Shown here: one piece after another, positions 22,650-35,508 of the stretch | Layout of the letters: each line of letters starts with the position of its first letter | How positions within the stretch are numbered: the first letter of the stretch is position 1 | NCBI RefSeq assembly: GCF_006345805.1 | Contig: NC_043018.1 | Location: 26,040,001-26,104,000, forward strand | DNA length: 64,000 nt | DNA from: Octopus sinensis | Lineage: Eukaryota | Direction: 5' to 3' | Made by a program: the position numbers and the translations under genes | The notes under the pieces: generated by a model | Told to the model about the DNA's origin: nothing | Database searches by the model: none | What the model saw: the letters and a program-made list of their open reading frames with translations, nothing else

Positions 22650-23830
22650 ATCATCATCATCATCATCATCATTTAGCGTCCGTTTTCCATGCTAGCATGG
22701 GTTGGACGGTTCAACTGGGGTCTGGGGAGCCCGAAGGCTGCACCAGGCCAGTCAGATCTGGCAGTGTTTCTACAGCTGGATGCCCTTCCTAACGCCAACC
22801 ACTCCGAGAGTGTAGTGGGTGATTTTATGTGCCACCGACACAGGTGCCAGACGAGGCTGGCGAATGGCCACGCTCGGATGGTGTTTTTATGTGCCACCCG
22901 ACGACACAGGTGCCAGACGAGGCTGGCAGACGGCCACGCTCGGATGGTGTTTTTATTGTGCCACCGACACAGGTGCCAGATGAGGCTGGCGGACGGCCAC
23001 GATCGTATGGTGTTTGTTACGTCCCCAAAGCACGGAGGCCAGTCTATGCGGTACTGGCTACGGCCACGTTCGGATGATTTTCTTGTGTGCCACCGCACTG
23101 GTACCACAAAGATACAAATTCCATTGATGTTCATCTATTTTGATTTGGTTTGATTTGATTTTCACTTGCCTCAACAGTCTTCACAAGTGTCACAAGAAGG
23201 AAGGTAATGCACAGGTGGACTGATACGTCCCAGTAGGGGCCACGGGTTATGGCCTGACTAGTCTTGCCGGGTCTTCGGATGGTGTTTTTTTGTGCCACCG
23301 ACACAGGTGCCAGATGAGGCTGGCGAACGGCCCCGATCGGATGGTGTTTGTTACGTGCCCACAGCACGGAGGCCAGTCAATGCGGTACTGGCTACGGCCA
23401 CGTTCGGATGGTTTTTTGTGTGCCACCGGCACTGGTACCACAAAGATACAATTCCATTGATGTTCATCTATTTGATTTGATTTGATTTGATTTTTGATTT
23501 TCACTTGCCTCAACAGGTCTTCACAAGTGTCACAGAAGGAAGGAAGGTATGCACAGGGGACTGACTACGTCCCAAGTAGGGGCCACGGGTTATGGCCTGA
23601 CTAGTCTTGCCGGGTCTCTTCGGTTGGTGTTTTTATGTCCATGCACCGACACAGGTGCCAGATGAGCTGGTGAACGGCCACGATCGGATGGTGTTTTTAT
23701 GTGCCCACGTCACAGAGGCCAGTCGATGCGGTACTGGCTACGGCCACGTTCGGATGGTTTTCTTGTGTGCCAACGGTACTGGTACCACAAAGATACAAAT
23801 TCCATTGATGTTCATCTATTTGATTTGGTT
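22650..23830 (-). repeat. Family C element with three tandemly amplified internal units
   Basis: ggtaccacaaagatacaaattccattgatgttcatcta+(ATTTG)n recurs near 23100, 23435 and 23783. Confidence 0.9.
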
Positions 23831-24894
23831 TGATTTGATTTGATTTGATTTTATCCAACCAAAATATTCTACCTGTTTTATGTTCGAAACAGCCAGATTT
23901 GACCTCTTGTACCTACCCTACAATGTCCTTCTAAAACTAAACGATCACATCGTTGAAATCTCACAGCTATGAGGCAATGCATGATTAATTCAAAACAATG
24001 GGAATTACTTAACATTGAATTTGACGTCTGAATGCTAAAGGGCTGTTTTTACTAAACCCTCTCAAATGTATGGCTTTGTAACTATTTTATAAATAAATAT
24101 TAATCTTAGTTAATCTGGATTCATTATTATCAAGTTGATGGATTGGCTGAATCATTACAGCATTAAACAAAAGGTATTATAGTTTTTAGCTTTGGCTCTT
24201 TATGTTCTGAGTTCAAATCCTCCTGAGGTTATCTTCACCTTTCATCCACCCATGCTTAATAAAATAAAGTATTAGTCAAGTATCAGTGGTTGATTTAATT
24301 AATTACTCCTCTTCTTAAATTTCTAACTTTATGCTTATATTTTTGTATGTTCTAATACAAGAACAAGGCCTGAGGTTTAACAAAAGGGTTTAATTGGTTG
24401 CATTAACCCCCACTATGTAACTGGTACTTTATTGTATTGACCCCAAAAGGATGGATGAGAGGCAAAGTTGACTTTGGCAGGATTTGAGATGAACATGTAA
24501 AGAGTCAGAATCTGATTGATTGCTTGGCAAAATTTTACCCTCTATCTTGCTACAACTACTTACACACTAATGTACTGCCCAAATTCTCATTACCTCTTTT
24601 ACTATGATAATAGTTCCTGCTTCCTGTTCATCATGTGGGATTGCATGTCCCAGATCAAAACCAGTTAAGCAGAATCATGATCAAAGGCTTTCCAGCTGTG
24701 GCCATTCTGTTTGTTCCACGGAATTTGCAACTACATTATCCAATCTCTTCTTCTTCTTTTACCAAGCAGTAGTGGTATGTTTATTACTGTTTAACCCCGA
24801 GTTGTCCTTGTTTGAGTGGACCCATGATCAAAGCTAGCAATCAAGTCTAACTTTGATTCAGTCATCATATTCTCTAGAACGAATATTCTCTAGG

Positions 24895-25122
24895 TGGTGA
24901 GCTGGCAGAAACGTTAGCACGCCGGACGAAATGCATAGCCGTATTTCGTCTGCCGTTGCATTCTGGGTTCAAATTCCGCCGAGGTTGACTTTGCCTTTCA
25001 TCCTTTCGAGGTTGATTAATTAAGTACCAGTTACGCACTGGGGTCGATGTAATCGACTTAATTCGTTTGTCTGTCCTTGTTTTCCCCCTCTATGTTTAGC
25101 CCCCTGTGGGTAGTAAAGAAAC
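24895..25122 (+). mobile_element. SINE family B
   Basis: Family consensus. Confidence 0.9.
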
Positions 25123-25660
25123 ACATATTCTCTAGAACCACATCACCCAATGTGTCCTTTTTTTTTTTTTTACCTCTTTTTCCTCTTTTTCTCTTTTTAC
25201 ACGATTCGGTGCAATTCAAAGGATAGTTGGCTGCTATTTTTAGTAGATCAATTGACCATGTAGAAGCTCTGTCTGTTTGTCCTCTCTCTCTCTGGCTTAT
25301 AATTGTGCTGATGTTGTGTTTGCTGTTACGATAGCTTTATTGCAGTTATCAGATATGGTGGGGTGGGAGAACAAAGAAATTTTTATTATTTTTTATTTTT
25401 TAAAAATTTTTTATTCCAAATTACCAAAGATGCTAACGTGGCATCATGTGAGACTTTGATCTGATTTCTTACGACCATGATCCAAGACAAAGCAATGCCA
25501 ATGTTACAGTTGATGCTTGATGTTTTGATTTTTGGTATTTTTTTGGTATTTTTTGAAAGAAGAAATCTGGTTTGTTGTGTTCGAAAACAAAGAACTATAT
25601 TTATCTATTCATTCATTCATTCATTCATTCATTTATTTATTTATTTATTTATTTATTCCT

Positions 25661-25695
<35 letters not shown>

Positions 25696-26679
25696 CTTAC
25701 TTATTTTTGTACTGCTAGCTTCCTTGTTCCAATGTCGGTGTCTTCGGTGCTTCCTAACAATGTATTCTATCAAAAATCAATACTATCTTGTTGCTAATTC
25801 AACAAGATATAAACAACTTATTGAAAATTGATGAACCAATTACTGGAATCAAGGGTCCTGAATGTTCTGATGATCAATCGTGACAAGTAAACAACAGATA
25901 AACATTAATTTACATTAGGAATTAAAAGAAAAAAAAAACTCAAAACACAAATAAATGGAACAAAAAAAACCTCATAAAAAACTAGCAAATCTAAAAAAAC
26001 AAAAAAAAATTAGTAAAGTGACAAACCACAAGGAATGGATGTAGGCATAGTAATGCTGTTAAGGGGAATTTCCTTAGCAGTTATGTGGTTTGGGGTTCAA
26101 TTCTACTGTAGTCCTAGCTTAAACTGAAGCCTGATGAGGAAATTTTACCATATTTTCCAGCATTTAAGTTGAATTTTTTGAACCTAGAATTTACAGCCAA
26201 GATGACTTTGGAAGATGGAAAGATATTCCATGTGAAATGCAGCAGAATCTGGAAAAAATAGTGATGATGTTTGAGTGTTTATATTATGTTTGCACCATAT
26301 ACTATGTTGACTTGTATGTCAGAAAATACAGTATATATATATATATATATAAATAGATGAGTGTATTGCATTGTTTATACCATTTATTCTTTTGAATAGT
26401 ATCAGTGGAATTTTCGAAACATGTGTCGAAAGTAAAAATATTTGTTTACACCTGCGTTAACTCCATTTTTTATTCATATATATATATATATATATATAAA
26501 TTAGAAAAAGCCACCTTTTATCAATTCAAAATGAACAATTAAATAACACCATCTAGAAAATGACATATAATGGAAATATTAAAAATAAAATAACAATAAT
26601 ATACCGATGATTAAGTAAATTGCAAAATAATAATAAAACGTATATATTTGGTATATATATATATGTCATAATTATCATT

Positions 26680-27170
26680 GTCGTCGTAGTTGTTTAACGT
26701 CCGCTTTCCATGCTGGCATGGGTTAGACGGTTTGACTGAGGACTGGCAAGCCAGAAAGCTGCACCAGACTCCAATCTGATCTTACAAAGTTTTTACAGCT
26801 GGATGCCCTTCCTAATGCCAACCACACCGAGAGTGTAGTGGGTGCTTTTATGTGCCTCTGGTATGATGGCCAGTCAGGCGGTACTGGCAACGGCCATGCT
26901 CAAATGGTGTTTTTTACGTGCCACCTGCACAGGAGCCAGTCCAGTGGCACTGGCAACATCCATGCTTGAATGTTTGTTTTTCATGTGCCACCAGCACAGG
27001 TGCCAGTAAGGTGATGCTGGCAATGATCACACTCGAATGGTACTTTTTACGTGCCACCGGCATGGGAGCCAGTCAGCAGCCCTGGCAACAATCATGCTTG
27101 GATGGTGCTTTTAACATTCCACAGGTGCAGGTGCCAATCAGGCAGTACTGTTATCGACCACATCAGTGAT
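26680..27170 (-). mobile_element. SINE family C
   Basis: Family consensus. Confidence 0.85.
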
Positions 27171-27329
27171 TTTGATTTCACTTGCTTCAATAGGTTTTTG
27201 CAAGCAAACTTTATTGTCCACTGAATGAAGGGTACTCATCAGTGGGCTGGTTAAACACCACTGGGATAGGCCACAGGTTATGGTCTCATCGAAATCGATC
27301 ACCATCAATGGAAATTGTAGCTGTGATAC

Positions 27330-27648
27330 CAGTGCCAGTAGCACATAAGAGAACCAGCTGAACGTGGCCGTTGCCAGCACCGCCCTGACTGGCTTCTGTG
27401 CCAGTGGCACGTAAAAAGCACCATCCGATCGTGGCCGCTGCCAGATTCCTCTGGCACCTGTGCTGGTGGCACGTAAAAAGCACCCACTACACTCACGGAG
27501 TGGTTGGCATTAGGAAGGGCATCCAGCTGTAGAAACCCTGCCAGATCAGACTGGGCCTAGTGCAGCCTTCTGGCTTCCCAGACCCCAGTTGAACATTCCA
27601 ACCCATGCTAGTATGGAAAGCGGACATTAAACGATGATGATGATGATA
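27330..27648 (+). mobile_element. SINE family C (inverted relative to the preceding copy)
   Basis: ttaggaagggcatccagctgtagaaac...aacgatgatgatg. Confidence 0.88.
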
Positions 27649-28311
27649 TATATATATATGTATGTATGTATGTATATGCTGAGGTCAGCAGCACATGCCT
27701 ATAAACAACACACCTCCTACAGAACAGTAACTAGCAAAAATTTACTTCAATCACTTCACTTTGGGGATGACCAAATGAATGGACCCTGATAAAGCTGCAC
27801 TGACAATTACACAAGGTTGCATTTGCAACTGTGAGTAGTTGCTGCAGCGGAAACGCATGTAGGACATTATATAACAATCTGTTTATAACTATAAAGTAAA
27901 ATTTTGTGGATGTGCAAGTCTCCATACTCTTTATTATTATTATTTATAATATGTACTCCAGACAATTCTTACCATCCAGTGAAGCATACATGGAATTGCT
28001 CATCGGAAGAATTCATGGAGTGACTAGCAACAAATTGCAGTCACAAACGTTAAATACTGATTGTAGTAGTTAGCCATTAAATAGAACTGTGGTTCCCAAC
28101 CATTTTATTTAATTGACTTTTCACATGGACCCCTTTTGATATGCTTATTGAAACGATTGTAGTGTTATACTAATTATCTTTTTTTACTAATTTTGATATA
28201 TATTTAAAATAATATAAATTAATTAATCTTATGTATTGGCTTAAGTTTTTCATTGTATGATTTGCCTAATAGTGGTTTTATCTCTAATTTAATATAATAT
28301 ATATATATATA

Positions 28312-28520
28312 TGTGACCGCGTGCATACCGTTGGCGATTTTTTTTCCTCTGTCTTCCCTTCTCTGGATCTTTCCTTCTCCTATGTTTCCGACAAAGAGCT
28401 CCATTCGAAACATTAATCCCTCCTTCTTCCCTTCCTTCCTGAGCGTCCAATAATACTATATTTGTTCCACGTCCTCGCGTTGTTGTGTTTTCTCTTTGTG
28501 TTTTCATGTTTGGATTAACT
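28312..28520 (+). mobile_element. Short TA-flanked element, family E (decayed hammerhead motif at 28384-28418)
   Basis: Homologous to 895-1072. Confidence 0.8.
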
Positions 28521-28614
28521 TTATATATATATATGTGTGTGTGTTTTTGTGTGTGTGTGTGTGTGTGTGAAATTTTGAATTTAGTTCATGGACCCACAGT
28601 AGCTTCAAATTTTG

Positions 28615-28818
28615 GTCCAAAGGCCAGTAACTTTGGGGTAGGGGTTAAGTTGATTACATCGACCCCCAGCACTCAACTGGTACTTATTTTATCAATCCTG
28701 AAAGGACAAAAGGCAGAGCTGACCTCAGCAGAATTTGAACTCAGAACATAAAGATAAACAAAATGCTTGTAAGCATTTTTCCTGGCATACTAACAATTCT
28801 GCCAGTTTGCTGCCTTTG
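28615..28818 (-). mobile_element. SINE family B
   Basis: Reverse complement of the family motif. Confidence 0.75.
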
Positions 28819-29344
28819 TCGGAACGAATATTACACAACTTTCTCCCAATCTATTGCCCACATTTGAACTTCTGGAACTTCCTCTGCAAGGAAGCTGAAT
28901 ATTACAACAAACAGCCAACGGACATCTTTTGTTATCAAGAAAATAACTTGAAGATGAAGATGTTCAAATTTTTCTCATATAAAGCGGAATCACATGGTCA
29001 AAGATTGCGTCATTAAATCTATTGATATTGCTACAATCAATAAAAGAATACTTTTGATTCTCTGATATAAAACTTACCATTTTAAACTATTGGAATTTAA
29101 ATTAAAATCTTCCATCGTAGTTCTATGTAAGACCGTTTTTCATTTTCTTCCTCTTTTTGTTAATTTGTGTTCCAAACACTGACTTAACAATTACAGAGTT
29201 GTTTTATTAAATCTAGGCATATTCTTGAATATTTTCAAAATTAATTAAAATTCTGTGGCGAATGTACTTCATTAGAAATATGATCAAGAAAAGGTTAAAG
29301 GACTCATGTTCATAATGAATGTGTGTGTGTGTGTGCGTGGGTGT

Positions 29345-29716
29345 CTTTTATCTTTTACTTGTTTCATTTGACTGTGGTCATGCTGGAGCAATGCCTTCAA
29401 GAATTTTTAGTTGATTGAATCGACTCCAATACTTAAGCTTTTCTTTTTTAAAACCTGGTACTTACACTATTAGACTCTTTTGCTGAACTGCTAAGTTACA
29501 GGGATGTTAACACACCAACACCAGTTGTAAAGTGGTGGTGGGGACAAACACATACATAAAGACACACACAAACACACAGACACATGGCAGGCTTCTCTCA
29601 GTTTCCGTCTTCCAAATCCACTCACAAGGCTTTGGTTGGCCCAAGGCTATAATGGAAGACACTTGCCCAAGATGTCATGCAGTGGGACTGAATCCAAAGC
29701 CACAAGGTTGGGAAGC
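29345..29716 (-). mobile_element. SINE family A
   Basis: Family consensus. Confidence 0.85.
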
Positions 29717-30220
29717 AGTGTGTGTGTGTGTGTGTGAATGTCTCTATTGCACATCTTCACATGAAAGATTTTAGTTAAAGTTCATCATGTCTATTGATGC
29801 TTCCCTGCCAATAACATGTTTCCAATTAGCTTTTAATTACTGGATGTGACTATTCCCCACCCCTGTTCCTTTTTTTATTTTCCTTTTTATTTTTTTTTTT
29901 ACTACATTTTCAAAACAACCAAAGGATTTCTGCAGTTGTTTTAACTACATTGTTCTCTGAGACTTCATACCTGGTCAGTTGGTCAACCAGTTGCCTATGT
30001 TTGCATTTCCAAAGACAAGTGCGGAGGTAAGAAAAAATTAATTCCCAGAAGAACTGGTAAAGGGTTAGTGATAGGAAAGGTATCTGGTTATAAAACTTTG
30101 TTTCAGTATTATGTATTCCTCTAACCCATGCTAGCATGAAGTAAATAAATGGATGTAAATCAAACAAATGAATAACATTCGGCCTGTTTATTCAAAAAGC
30201 TATCTGTAACTCTCTCTTAA

Positions 30221-30421
30221 CCCTTTCATTGCAGAAAAGATAGATTATATACCAATCTATCTTTTACTGAGGAATGTCATGTTTGGAACTATATCCTGTT
30301 GAGATATGTCAAGTTTACTGAGGCAGAAACGTGACTTGCAGAAAATGCCAATTCTATTTTTCAGTAGATATTTAACATCATTGTTAGAATAACCATGAAA
30401 TGTAATTTCACAGTTCAGGGG
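30221..30421. mobile_element. piggyBac-type MITE
   Basis: TTAA|CCCT...GGGG|TTAA; homologous copy at 42964-43166. Confidence 0.7.
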
Positions 30422-30544
30422 TTAACAGAATAATCTTGCCGATAAGCTGAATCCATTTTGTTAAGGGTTAAAACCATCGATACTTGCGAATGTTGTCATC
30501 TGCTTGCTGCTGTTGTCGTTGTTGTTGTTGTTTTGTCTACATAG

Positions 30545-30636
30545 CTTCATTCTTCGCCAAACATGCTGCTGCGAATCTCTGTGGGAAAAAATTGGCTCTC
30601 ATATTTGAGAAGTTAAGAGAAGAAGAAGTTTGTTGA
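30545..30636 (+). CDS. Candidate terminal exon (ASFFAKHAAANLCGKKLALIFEKLREEEVC*)
   Basis: ttttgtctacatag acceptor and open frame in a CpG-retaining unique segment; a competing minus-strand exon model exists. Confidence 0.2.
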
Positions 30637-31139
30637 GAACAAACAGCGCTTGAAAAATACTATAACAAACAGCTGTAAACACAGACAACTGATTGACCGA
30701 TTGACCAGCCTCGGTGTTTTGGTGAAGAACGCAGTTAAAATAAGTGCGAAAATCCTTTGGTTATGTCGAAAAACGCAGTAGAAGTAAAAAAAGAAAGAAT
30801 AAAGGAAAAAGGAAAAGAATGGTGGGTAGGTAGTTGGGAATGGTCATATCCAGTAAATAAAGTTAATTACAAACACATTTGCAAGTATCATTCGAGTGAA
30901 GTGGGATGTAGAGGGAGTGGTGTGGGGTGGTCATTAGGCCAGTATTTGTTGTTGCAACAAGACATCTAAGTATCTGACAATGGTGAAACAGCTGCTGTAC
31001 CAAGAAATGAATAACAATAATAATAATAGTAGTAATAGTAATAGTAATAATGATAATAATAATAGTAGTAATATGATGTCTTAAGCTATTTACTAACATA
31101 CACGCACACGTCACTGGAATCTATAGTTTCAGATGTGTT

Positions 31140-32040
31140 TACTCTCCTGGTGAAATGAATACAATAGAGCTGTAGGAAATAGAAGTGTGTTGGGGTGGGT
31201 GGGATTTGTAAATCGATATAGAGTGGAAAGATGAAAGCAGGGTGGATGGATGAATATAAGGTAAAAGTGGCAGTCGATCAATACTGGGTAGAAAAATTGA
31301 TATAGGGTAGTAAGATAAATACGGAATAGAAGGATGATAGTGGGTAGAAGGGTAATAAGGGGTAGATGGGTGAATACAGGGTAGAAGTAAGTGGAGATCG
31401 ATAGAGGGTGGACAGACTAACAAAGGGTAGAGAGATGAATACAAAGTAGAAGGATGATATTGGGTAGAAGGGTGAATATGGCACAGAAGGGGGAATTTGG
31501 GGTGGAAGTAATGGGGTATCAATAGAGGATGGAAAGACAAACAAAGGGTAGAGAGATGAATACAAAGTAGAAGGATGATATTGGGTAGAAGGGTGATAAA
31601 GGGTAGATGGGTGAATATGGGACAGAAGGGTGAATTTGGGGTGAAAGTAATGGGGTATCAATAGAGGGTGGAAAGATTAACAAAGGGTAGAGAGATGAAT
31701 ACAAAGTAGAAGGATGATATTGGGTAGAAGGGTAATAAAGGGTAGAAGGGTGAATATAGAACAGAAGGGTGAATTTGGGGTGGAAGTAATGGGGTATCAA
31801 TAGAGGGTGGAAAGATTAACAAAGGGTAGAGAAATGAATACAAAGTAGGATGATATTGGGTAGAAGGGTAATAAAGGGTAGAAGGGTGAATATCGGGTAG
31901 AAGTAAGGGTGGATAGAGGGTGGAAAGATTAACATAGAGTAGAGGGATGATATCAGGCAGAGGGGTAATAAAGGGTAGATGGGTAATAACGGGTAGATGG
32001 GTGAGTGTAGGGTGAGAGTGAGAGGAAACCAATACTCATG
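31140..32040. repeat. Purine/G-rich minisatellite, about 120-140 bp period
   Basis: Unit agtagaaggatgatattgggtagaaggg...gatgaatacaa recurs near 31445, 31565, 31703 and 31844. Confidence 0.92.
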
Positions 32041-32479
32041 AAAGTGTGAGTTAATCAATACAGGGTGAAAGGACAAATTCAGGGTATAAGCGAGGGTCAA
32101 CTGATACAGAGTAGCAGAGTGTATTCAGGGTAGAAGAATTAATATGTGATAGAATTGAGAGTCAGTCAATGCAGGGATTTTGATATCTTTTTGCAAAGTA
32201 GCTTTGTTTGTTCCAATCACTTTATTGTTATTGTTGTCATCATTATCCTCTTCTCTCTATTTTGTTTCCATTTCTTGCTGATTGTCTTCCTGACACCTAG
32301 GGCAAAGAAACTCACTATATATATATTGGTAGGCCATGAAAATAAACACACCAGATTTTTCCATTTACAAAGTCATGTGATAGAAAAAGAAAAGGTGGGG
32401 GAGAAAGAAAGAAAGAAAAGGGAAAGAGAAAATTTAAAAAATAGGAAAAAATGAAAATAAGAACACAGAAAATAGGTAA

Positions 32480-32662
32480 AAAAGGAGAGAAAATTCTTAG
32501 CAACAACGCTCTTCTCAGTATGTGTGATGTACCAGATAAGACAATCTTTTGCACTTCCTGCATGAATGGTAAGCCAGGGATTATCCTCAAATAATTTTCA
32601 GTTCCTTGTTTGATCAATGTAACTGTCTTGAGATGCCACATTTTTCTGATTTCAATCAGCAA
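32480..32662 (-). mobile_element. R4/Dong/NeSL-type (restriction-like endonuclease) LINE C-terminal fragment
   Basis: EIRKMWHLKTV...YLRIIPGLPFMQEVQKIVLSGTSHILRRAL. Confidence 0.75.
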
Positions 32663-32679
32663 ATCTTTATATTTTCTGA

Positions 32680-33005
32680 GCTTATTATTATTATTATTAT
32701 TATTCTATGTTTGATTTTTGCTTTACATTTGCACAAGCTGGCTCCAAGTCTCACTCAGAGACCTCAAGAGACAACAAGTTGGAAGTTCATGTTGGTGTTA
32801 TGCCTAGGGTGCCATATATTTGGTTTTGTACTTAGTGTTGTACTAGTGAATGCCTAAAGAACCATACGAAAATTATGTTTGTTTTAAAACTTGAGATTAC
32901 AAAGAAAGTATTTTGCATAGGATATGAGCAGTTTCCATGAGCACTATCTTTTGAATTTCTGCCATTTTGAGGTTTCCTGGTATCTGAGTTAGGTAGCAAT
33001 CAACC
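32680..33005 (-). mobile_element. Second R4/Dong-type 3' end with UTR, in a (TAA)n tract
   Basis: YLTQIPGNLKMAEIQKIVLMETAHILCKILSL* (stop 32897-32899); (TTA)n on both sides. Confidence 0.75.
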
Positions 33006-33024
33006 CCTTATTATTATTATTATT

Positions 33025-33680
33025 AGGTGGTGAGCTGACACAATTGTTAGCATGCCAGGTGAAATACTTAGCAGTATTTCATCTGCCACTGTTTTCTGAG
33101 TTCAAATTCTACTGGGGACAACTTTGCCTTTCATCATTTTGGGGTCGATTAAATAAGTACAAGTTACACACTGGGGTTGGTGTGAATGACTTAATCCCTT
33201 TCCCCAAATTTGAGGCCTTGTGCTTCCAATAGAAAGGGTTCTTCTTCTTCTTCTTATTATTATTATTATTAAGGTGGTGAGCTGGCAGAATCGTTAATAT
33301 GCTAGGCAAAATGCTTAGCAGTATTTCACCAGTCATTGCATTCTGGGTTCAAATTCCGTTGAGGTCGACTTTGCCTTTCATCCTTTTGGGGTTGATAAAT
33401 TAAGTACCAGTCAAGTTCTGGGGTTGATGTAATCGACTGGTGCCCTCACCCAAAATTTCAGGCCTTGTTCCAATAGTGGAAAGGATTGTTAGCATGCTGG
33501 GTAAGATGCTTAGCAGCAGTTTGTCTGTTTTTACATTGAGTTTAAATTCCGCCAAGGTTGGCTTTGCCTTTCATCCTTTCAGAGTCGATTAAATAAATAC
33601 CAGTTGAATATTGGGGTCAATTTAATCAACTTATCCCCTCGCTCCCAAATTGCTGGCCTTGTGCCAAAATTTGAAACCCT
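33025..33680 (+). mobile_element. Three tandem SINE family B copies
   Basis: Heads near 33025, 33270 and 33485; (TTA)n spacer between the first two. Confidence 0.85.
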
Positions 33681-34310
33681 TATCATTATTCATCTCTGTC
33701 TATAAATAGTTCCATGTTTTATTTCTGTCTTATGCAATCTTTGTATTATTTCTCAGACCATCAAAAAAAAAAAAAAATTCCAATAATAGATCAACCATCA
33801 GGTGATTCTTGGGCTATTCCACAGTCACAGAAATGGGGGTCCCACTTTATATCTTCATTCCACTTTGTTGGTCCAGGTCTGCTGTAGAAACACTTGCCCG
33901 AGGTGCCACACAGTGAGATTGAACTCAAAGCTATATGATTGGGAAGTAAGCTTCTTAGCACACAGCCATTCATGCACCTAAATAAAGAGAGAAAAATATA
34001 AATTTCTTCAAGAACCTTACGTCATCTTCAGCCTTCCTCAATCATATCTCAACAACACTTTGTTGTTTTGTTGTTCACAGCTGTTATCATCTTTTCTTGA
34101 TCTGTATTAGACATTTTGACAAAAAGACAACAGAAATATATACATGACTATTTTGTTGAGTGTAATAATATGTCTCACCAATATGAAGAGCTTTTTACGA
34201 AGAGCTTATTGAGACATCTTGCCTCCTTTCATTTCGAGATAGTCAGAGGTTCTTTGTTAAGAAGATTTATAACGTTATAGTTGAAAAGATGTCACCATTT
34301 TAAATTACAG

Positions 34311-34387
34311 TTTTGCGTATCTCTGTTATTTGTTCGGGCTTAGAATCGAAATAGATATCGATCAAGGGAATGTTTTTAAGTTCAAAG
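34311..34387 (+). CDS. Candidate internal exon (FAYLCYLFGLRIEIDIDQGNVFKFK)
   Basis: aattacag acceptor, aag|gtgaga donor, one open frame (phase 2 in, phase 1 out). Confidence 0.22.
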
Positions 34388-34642
34388 GTGAGACTCCAGT
34401 TTTTAGAATGATTTTGTCAGCTTTTGTTAAAGAAATGTTTTCCGAGGAAGATTGCTGGTGGTGAATTATACCATGTGCATTGTGTGGCATTCTGCAAAAC
34501 GGTCGTTACTGATGTGAACAAAATGGATTGTATAACCTCTCTTTATTGGATATTATTTCTTAGCATTAACATAGATTCCTGAAAAAGAAATAGATGTGGT
34601 CAATTGGAAAAACATATTTTTGTTTTTCTTCACAAAGAATGC

Positions 34643-34675
<33 letters not shown>

Positions 34676-34964
34676 TAATATAAATGGAAATAACCAGAAT
34701 GCAATGTTATGTTTTCAACAGTTACGTAGTGTTTCGTAATGATTATTGCAATGTTGTTCATAGGCATGCATGTGTAGTTGAGAAGCTTGCTTCACAATCC
34801 TGTGGTCACGGTTTCAAACCTCACACTGCCCAGCTCTGTAGGCAAATGTCTTCACAGGTATCTTGTTGTCTTGGTTTGATCAATATCTTGTGAGTGAAAT
34901 CTAGAAGATGGAAACTGTATGGAAGCCTGTCATGTGTGTATGTTTGTGTAACAACATGCTATTT

Positions 34965-35392
34965 TACTGGGTCATCCCATAAATAATGCAGTTTTTTATG
35001 CTTCTTTTATTCTTCAAAACTAAGATAAACAAAGTTCTTTTTTAATCTAAAATATACTCTCCTTCATTTTCTACAATGCTCTTCCATCTATCTGGTAGAG
35101 CCGCAAGGCCCCTCTTCCAAAATCCACTTGTCCATGACAAAATATACTCCTTCACTACTGTTCTGACCTTGTCTACAGAATTCATATTTTTTTCCATCCA
35201 AATGATTTTGAAGACTGCGGAATAAATGATAATCAGATGAGGCAATGGCTGGCGAATATGGTGGGTGAGGTATTGGCTCCCATTCAAACTGCTCCAACCT
35301 TTGGAATGTCATCCTCATTGTATGTGGCCAAGCATTATCCTGATGGAAGAACACCTTTCATCTGGAAACCAAAGATGGTCGTTTTTCTTCCA
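34965..35392 (-). mobile_element. Mariner (DD34D) transposase 3' fragment with terminal repeat, frameshifted
   Basis: FFHQDNAWPH...PHPPYSPAIASSDYHLFRSLQNHLDGKK...LPDRWKSIVENEGEYILD*; ends ...atgggatgacccag|TA. Confidence 0.92.
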
Positions 35393-35436
35393 TGAGACTC
35401 AAACTTGTGAGACAAAACCCTATGATTACGCGCTGT

Positions 35437-35508
35437 GGCAGTTTAGCTTAAAGGTAGAGCACTGCAACGCGTAATCACAGGGGTATGAGTTCGAGTCTCA
35501 TAGCTGGC
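35437..35508 (+). pseudogene. tRNA-like sequence (Thr-CGT-like), degenerate
   Basis: 72 nt: acceptor GGCAGTT/AGCTGGC, D-arm GCTT/GAGC, T-arm ATGAG-TTCGAGT-CTCAT, loop CGCGTAA, then TTTTT; anticodon stem has 2 mismatches and G at position 33. Confidence 0.55.

Noticed and set aside
22673-23843. 150-aa repeat-containing ORFs resembling a CRISPR-like or repeat protein
   Set aside because: Internal tandem repeats of SINE family C; no unique spacers of constant length, eukaryotic context
24604-24837. CSSC...CGHSVC RING-like motif
   Set aside because: The CGHSVC part comes from a dispersed repeat fragment (atgatcaaagg..tccagctgtg.ccat), the last Cys pair is missing, and there are no splice sites
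25808-25880. Possible terminal exon DINNLLKIDEPITGIKGPECSDDQS*
   Set aside because: Weak acceptor and an equally open antisense frame; ORFs of this length after an AG are common by chance
27731-27925. Exon-like segment with act|gtgagt donor (plus) or open frames (minus)
   Set aside because: No acceptor gives a stop-free plus exon, and the minus models have no supporting partner; left unresolved
31139-32100. Repetitive H/P/S/T/Y-rich ORFs
   Set aside because: Complement of the purine-rich minisatellite; frames are interrupted by stops
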